Shown here in pieces: positions 62,056-64,000 of a stretch of 64,000 bases of DNA. The first letter of the stretch is position 1, and the number at the start of each line of letters is the position of its first letter. A program made the position numbers and the translations under genes. The DNA lies in contig OZ024744.1 in assembly GCA_964016885.1 (NCBI GenBank), positions 131,130,001 to 131,194,000 of the forward strand, written 5' to 3'. The notes below the pieces were generated by a model. That model ran no database searches and had not been told where the DNA came from. It saw nothing but the letters and a program-made list of their open reading frames with translations. Source of the stretch: Eledone cirrhosa. Lineage: Eukaryota.

Positions 62056-64000
62056 ATTCGGGGTTAAGTTATGTTGGGGTTAAGTTAAGTTAGGCCTAAC
62101 TTAAGTTGGAGTTAAGTTAAGTTGGGGGTAAGTTAAGTTGGGGGTAAGTTAAGTTGGGGTTAAGTTAAGTTGGGGTTAAGTTGGGGTTAAGTTAAGTTAG
62201 GGTTAAGTTAAGTTGGGGTTGAGTTAAGTTGGGGTTAAGTTAAGTGGTGGTTATGTTAAGTTGGGGTGAAGTTAACTGGGGTTAATTTAAATTGGTGTTA
62301 AGTTAACTTTGTGGTTAAGTTAAGTTGGGGTTAAGTTAAGTTGGGGTTAAGTTAAGTTGGGGTTGAGTTAAGTTGGGGTTGAGTGAAGTTGGGGTTAAGT
62401 TAAGTTGGGGTTAATTTAAGTTGGGGTTAAGTTAAATCGGAGTTAAGTTAAGTTGGGGTTGAGTTAAGTTGGCGTTAATTTAAGTTGGGGCTAAGTTAAG
62501 TTGGGGTTAAGTTAAGTTGAGGTTAAGTTAAGTTGGGGTTGAGTTAAGTTGGGGTTGAGTTAATTTGGGGTTAAGTTAAGTTGGGGTTAAGTTAAGTTGG
62601 GTTTAAGTTAAGTTGGGGTTAAATTAAGTTGGGGTTAAATTAAGTTGGGGTTAAGTTAAGTTGGGGGTAAGATAAGTTGGGAGCAAGTTAAGTTGGGGTT
62701 AAGTTAAGTTGGGGTTAAATTAAGTTGGGGTTAAGTTAAGTTGGGGTTATATTAAGTTGGGGTTAAGTTAAGTTGGGGTTAAGTTAAGTTGGGGTTCAGT
62801 TAAGTTGCGGTTAAGTTAAGTTGGGGTTAAGTTAAGTTGGGGTTAAGTTAAGTTGGGGTCAAGTTAAGTTGGGGTTATGTTAAGTTGGGGTTTAGTTAAG
62901 TTGGTGTTCATTTAAGTTGGGGTTAAGTTAAGTTTGGGTTAAGTTGGGGTTAAATTAAGTTGGGGTTAAGTTAAGTTGGGGTTACGTTAAGTTGGGGTTA
63001 AGTTAAGTTGGGGTTAAGTTAAGTTGGGGTTAATTTAAGTTGGGGTTAAGTTAAGTTGCGGGTAATTTAAGTTGGGGTTAAGTTAAGTTGGGGTTAAGTT
63101 AAGTTGGGGTTAAGTTAAGTTGGGGTTAAGGTAAGTTGGGGTTAAGTTAAATTGGGGCTAAGTTAAGTTGGGGCTGAGTTAAGTTGGGGTTAAGTTAAGT
63201 TGGGGTTAAGTTAAGTTGGGGTTAAGTTAAGTTGGGGTTAAGTTAAGTTGGGGTTGAGTTAAGTTGGGGTTAAGTTAAGTAGGGGTAAGTTAAGTTGGGG
63301 TTCAGTTAAGTTGGGGTTAAGTTAAGTTGGGGTTAAGTTAAGTTGGGGTTAAGTTAAGTCGGGGTTAAGTTAAGTCGGGGTTAAGTTAAGTTAGGGTTAA
63401 GTTAAGTTGGAGTTAAGTTAAGTTGGGGTTGAGTTAAGTTGGGGTTGAGTTAAATTGGGGTTGAGTTAAGTTGGGGTTGAGTTAAGTTGGTGTTGAGTTA
63501 AGTTGGGGTTAAATTGAGTTGGGGTTAAATTAAGTTGGGGTTAAGTAAATTTGGGGGTAAGTTAAGTTGGGGGCAAGTTAAGTTGGGGCTAATTTAAGTT
63601 GGGGTTAAATTAAGTTGGGGTTACGTTAAGTTGGTGTTAAGTTAAGTTGGGGTTAATTTAAGTTGGGGTTAATTAAGTTAGGGTTAAGTTAAGTTGGGGT
63701 TAAGTTAAGTTGGGGTTAATTTAAGTTGGGGTTGAGTTAAGTTAGGGTTAAGTTAAGTTGGGGTTATATTAAGTTGGGGTTAAGTTAAGTTGGGGTTAAG
63801 TTAAGTTGGGGTTCAGTTAAGTTGCGGTTAAGTTAAGTTGGGGTTAAGTTAAGTTGGGGTTAAGTTAAGTTGGGGTTAAGTTAAGTTGGAGTCAAGTTAA
63901 GTTGGGGTTAAGTTAAGTTGGGGTTAAGTTAAGTTGGTTAGTTAAGTTGAGTTTAAGTTAAGTTGGGGTTAATTTAAGTTGGGGTTAAGTTAAGTTGGGG

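Larger units (their letters stand above)
1..64000 (+). repeat. 16-bp tandem satellite array, consensus GGGGTTAAGTTAAGTT (G-rich strand on +), roughly 4000 monomers, running off both window edges
   Basis: GGGG tracts recur every 16 nt (e.g. 15-18, 31-34). The whole window consists of this monomer, single-base variants (TTGAG, CTAAG, CTGAG, TTCAG, TTAAT, TCGGGG, GGTG, GCGG) and occasional 11/13/15/17-nt length variants. No unique sequence seen. Confidence 0.99.

Noticed and set aside
1-64000. Protein-coding ORFs
   Set aside because: TTAA puts TAA stops on both strands twice per monomer, and the 16-nt period cycles them through all frames. No credible ORF seen.
1-64000. Active telomerase-synthesised terminal telomere tract
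   Set aside because: Variants are propagated in kilobase duplications and there are internal inversions. With the G strand on +, the chromosome end would be to the right, yet the right side is the more degenerate part. This fits recombinational amplification better.

Overview
The whole 64 kb window is one non-coding tandem satellite with a 16-bp consensus monomer GGGGTTAAGTTAAGTT. The + strand is G-rich and the consensus has no C. I found no genes, RNA genes, transposons or CRISPR arrays; TAA recurs on both strands. The array has internal structure at several scales. (1) It contains 27 short reverse-oriented cassettes: 22 of 200 bp, two of 184 bp, and one each of 143, 392 and 488 bp. They are spaced about 1.4-4.0 kb apart and all share a spacer-less palindromic entry junction (GGTT|AAC, usually GGGGTT|AACCCC) and an exit junction CCC-AAA(G/T)(T/C)CGGGG. 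This points to one ancestral inversion amplified with the array, now in A, B and long subtypes. (2) Tandem duplications are nested from 64 bp through 1.5, 2 and 4.5 kb up to an apparently exact 25,759-bp duplication. (3) A more divergent layer with longer cassettes lies at about 56.8-64 kb. The monomer parses as TTAAG + TTAAGTTGGGG, one base away from the insect telomere units TTAGG and TTAGGTTGGGG, so a telomere-derived eukaryotic satellite is a plausible but unproven origin. Coordinates were read by eye and no alignments were computed.
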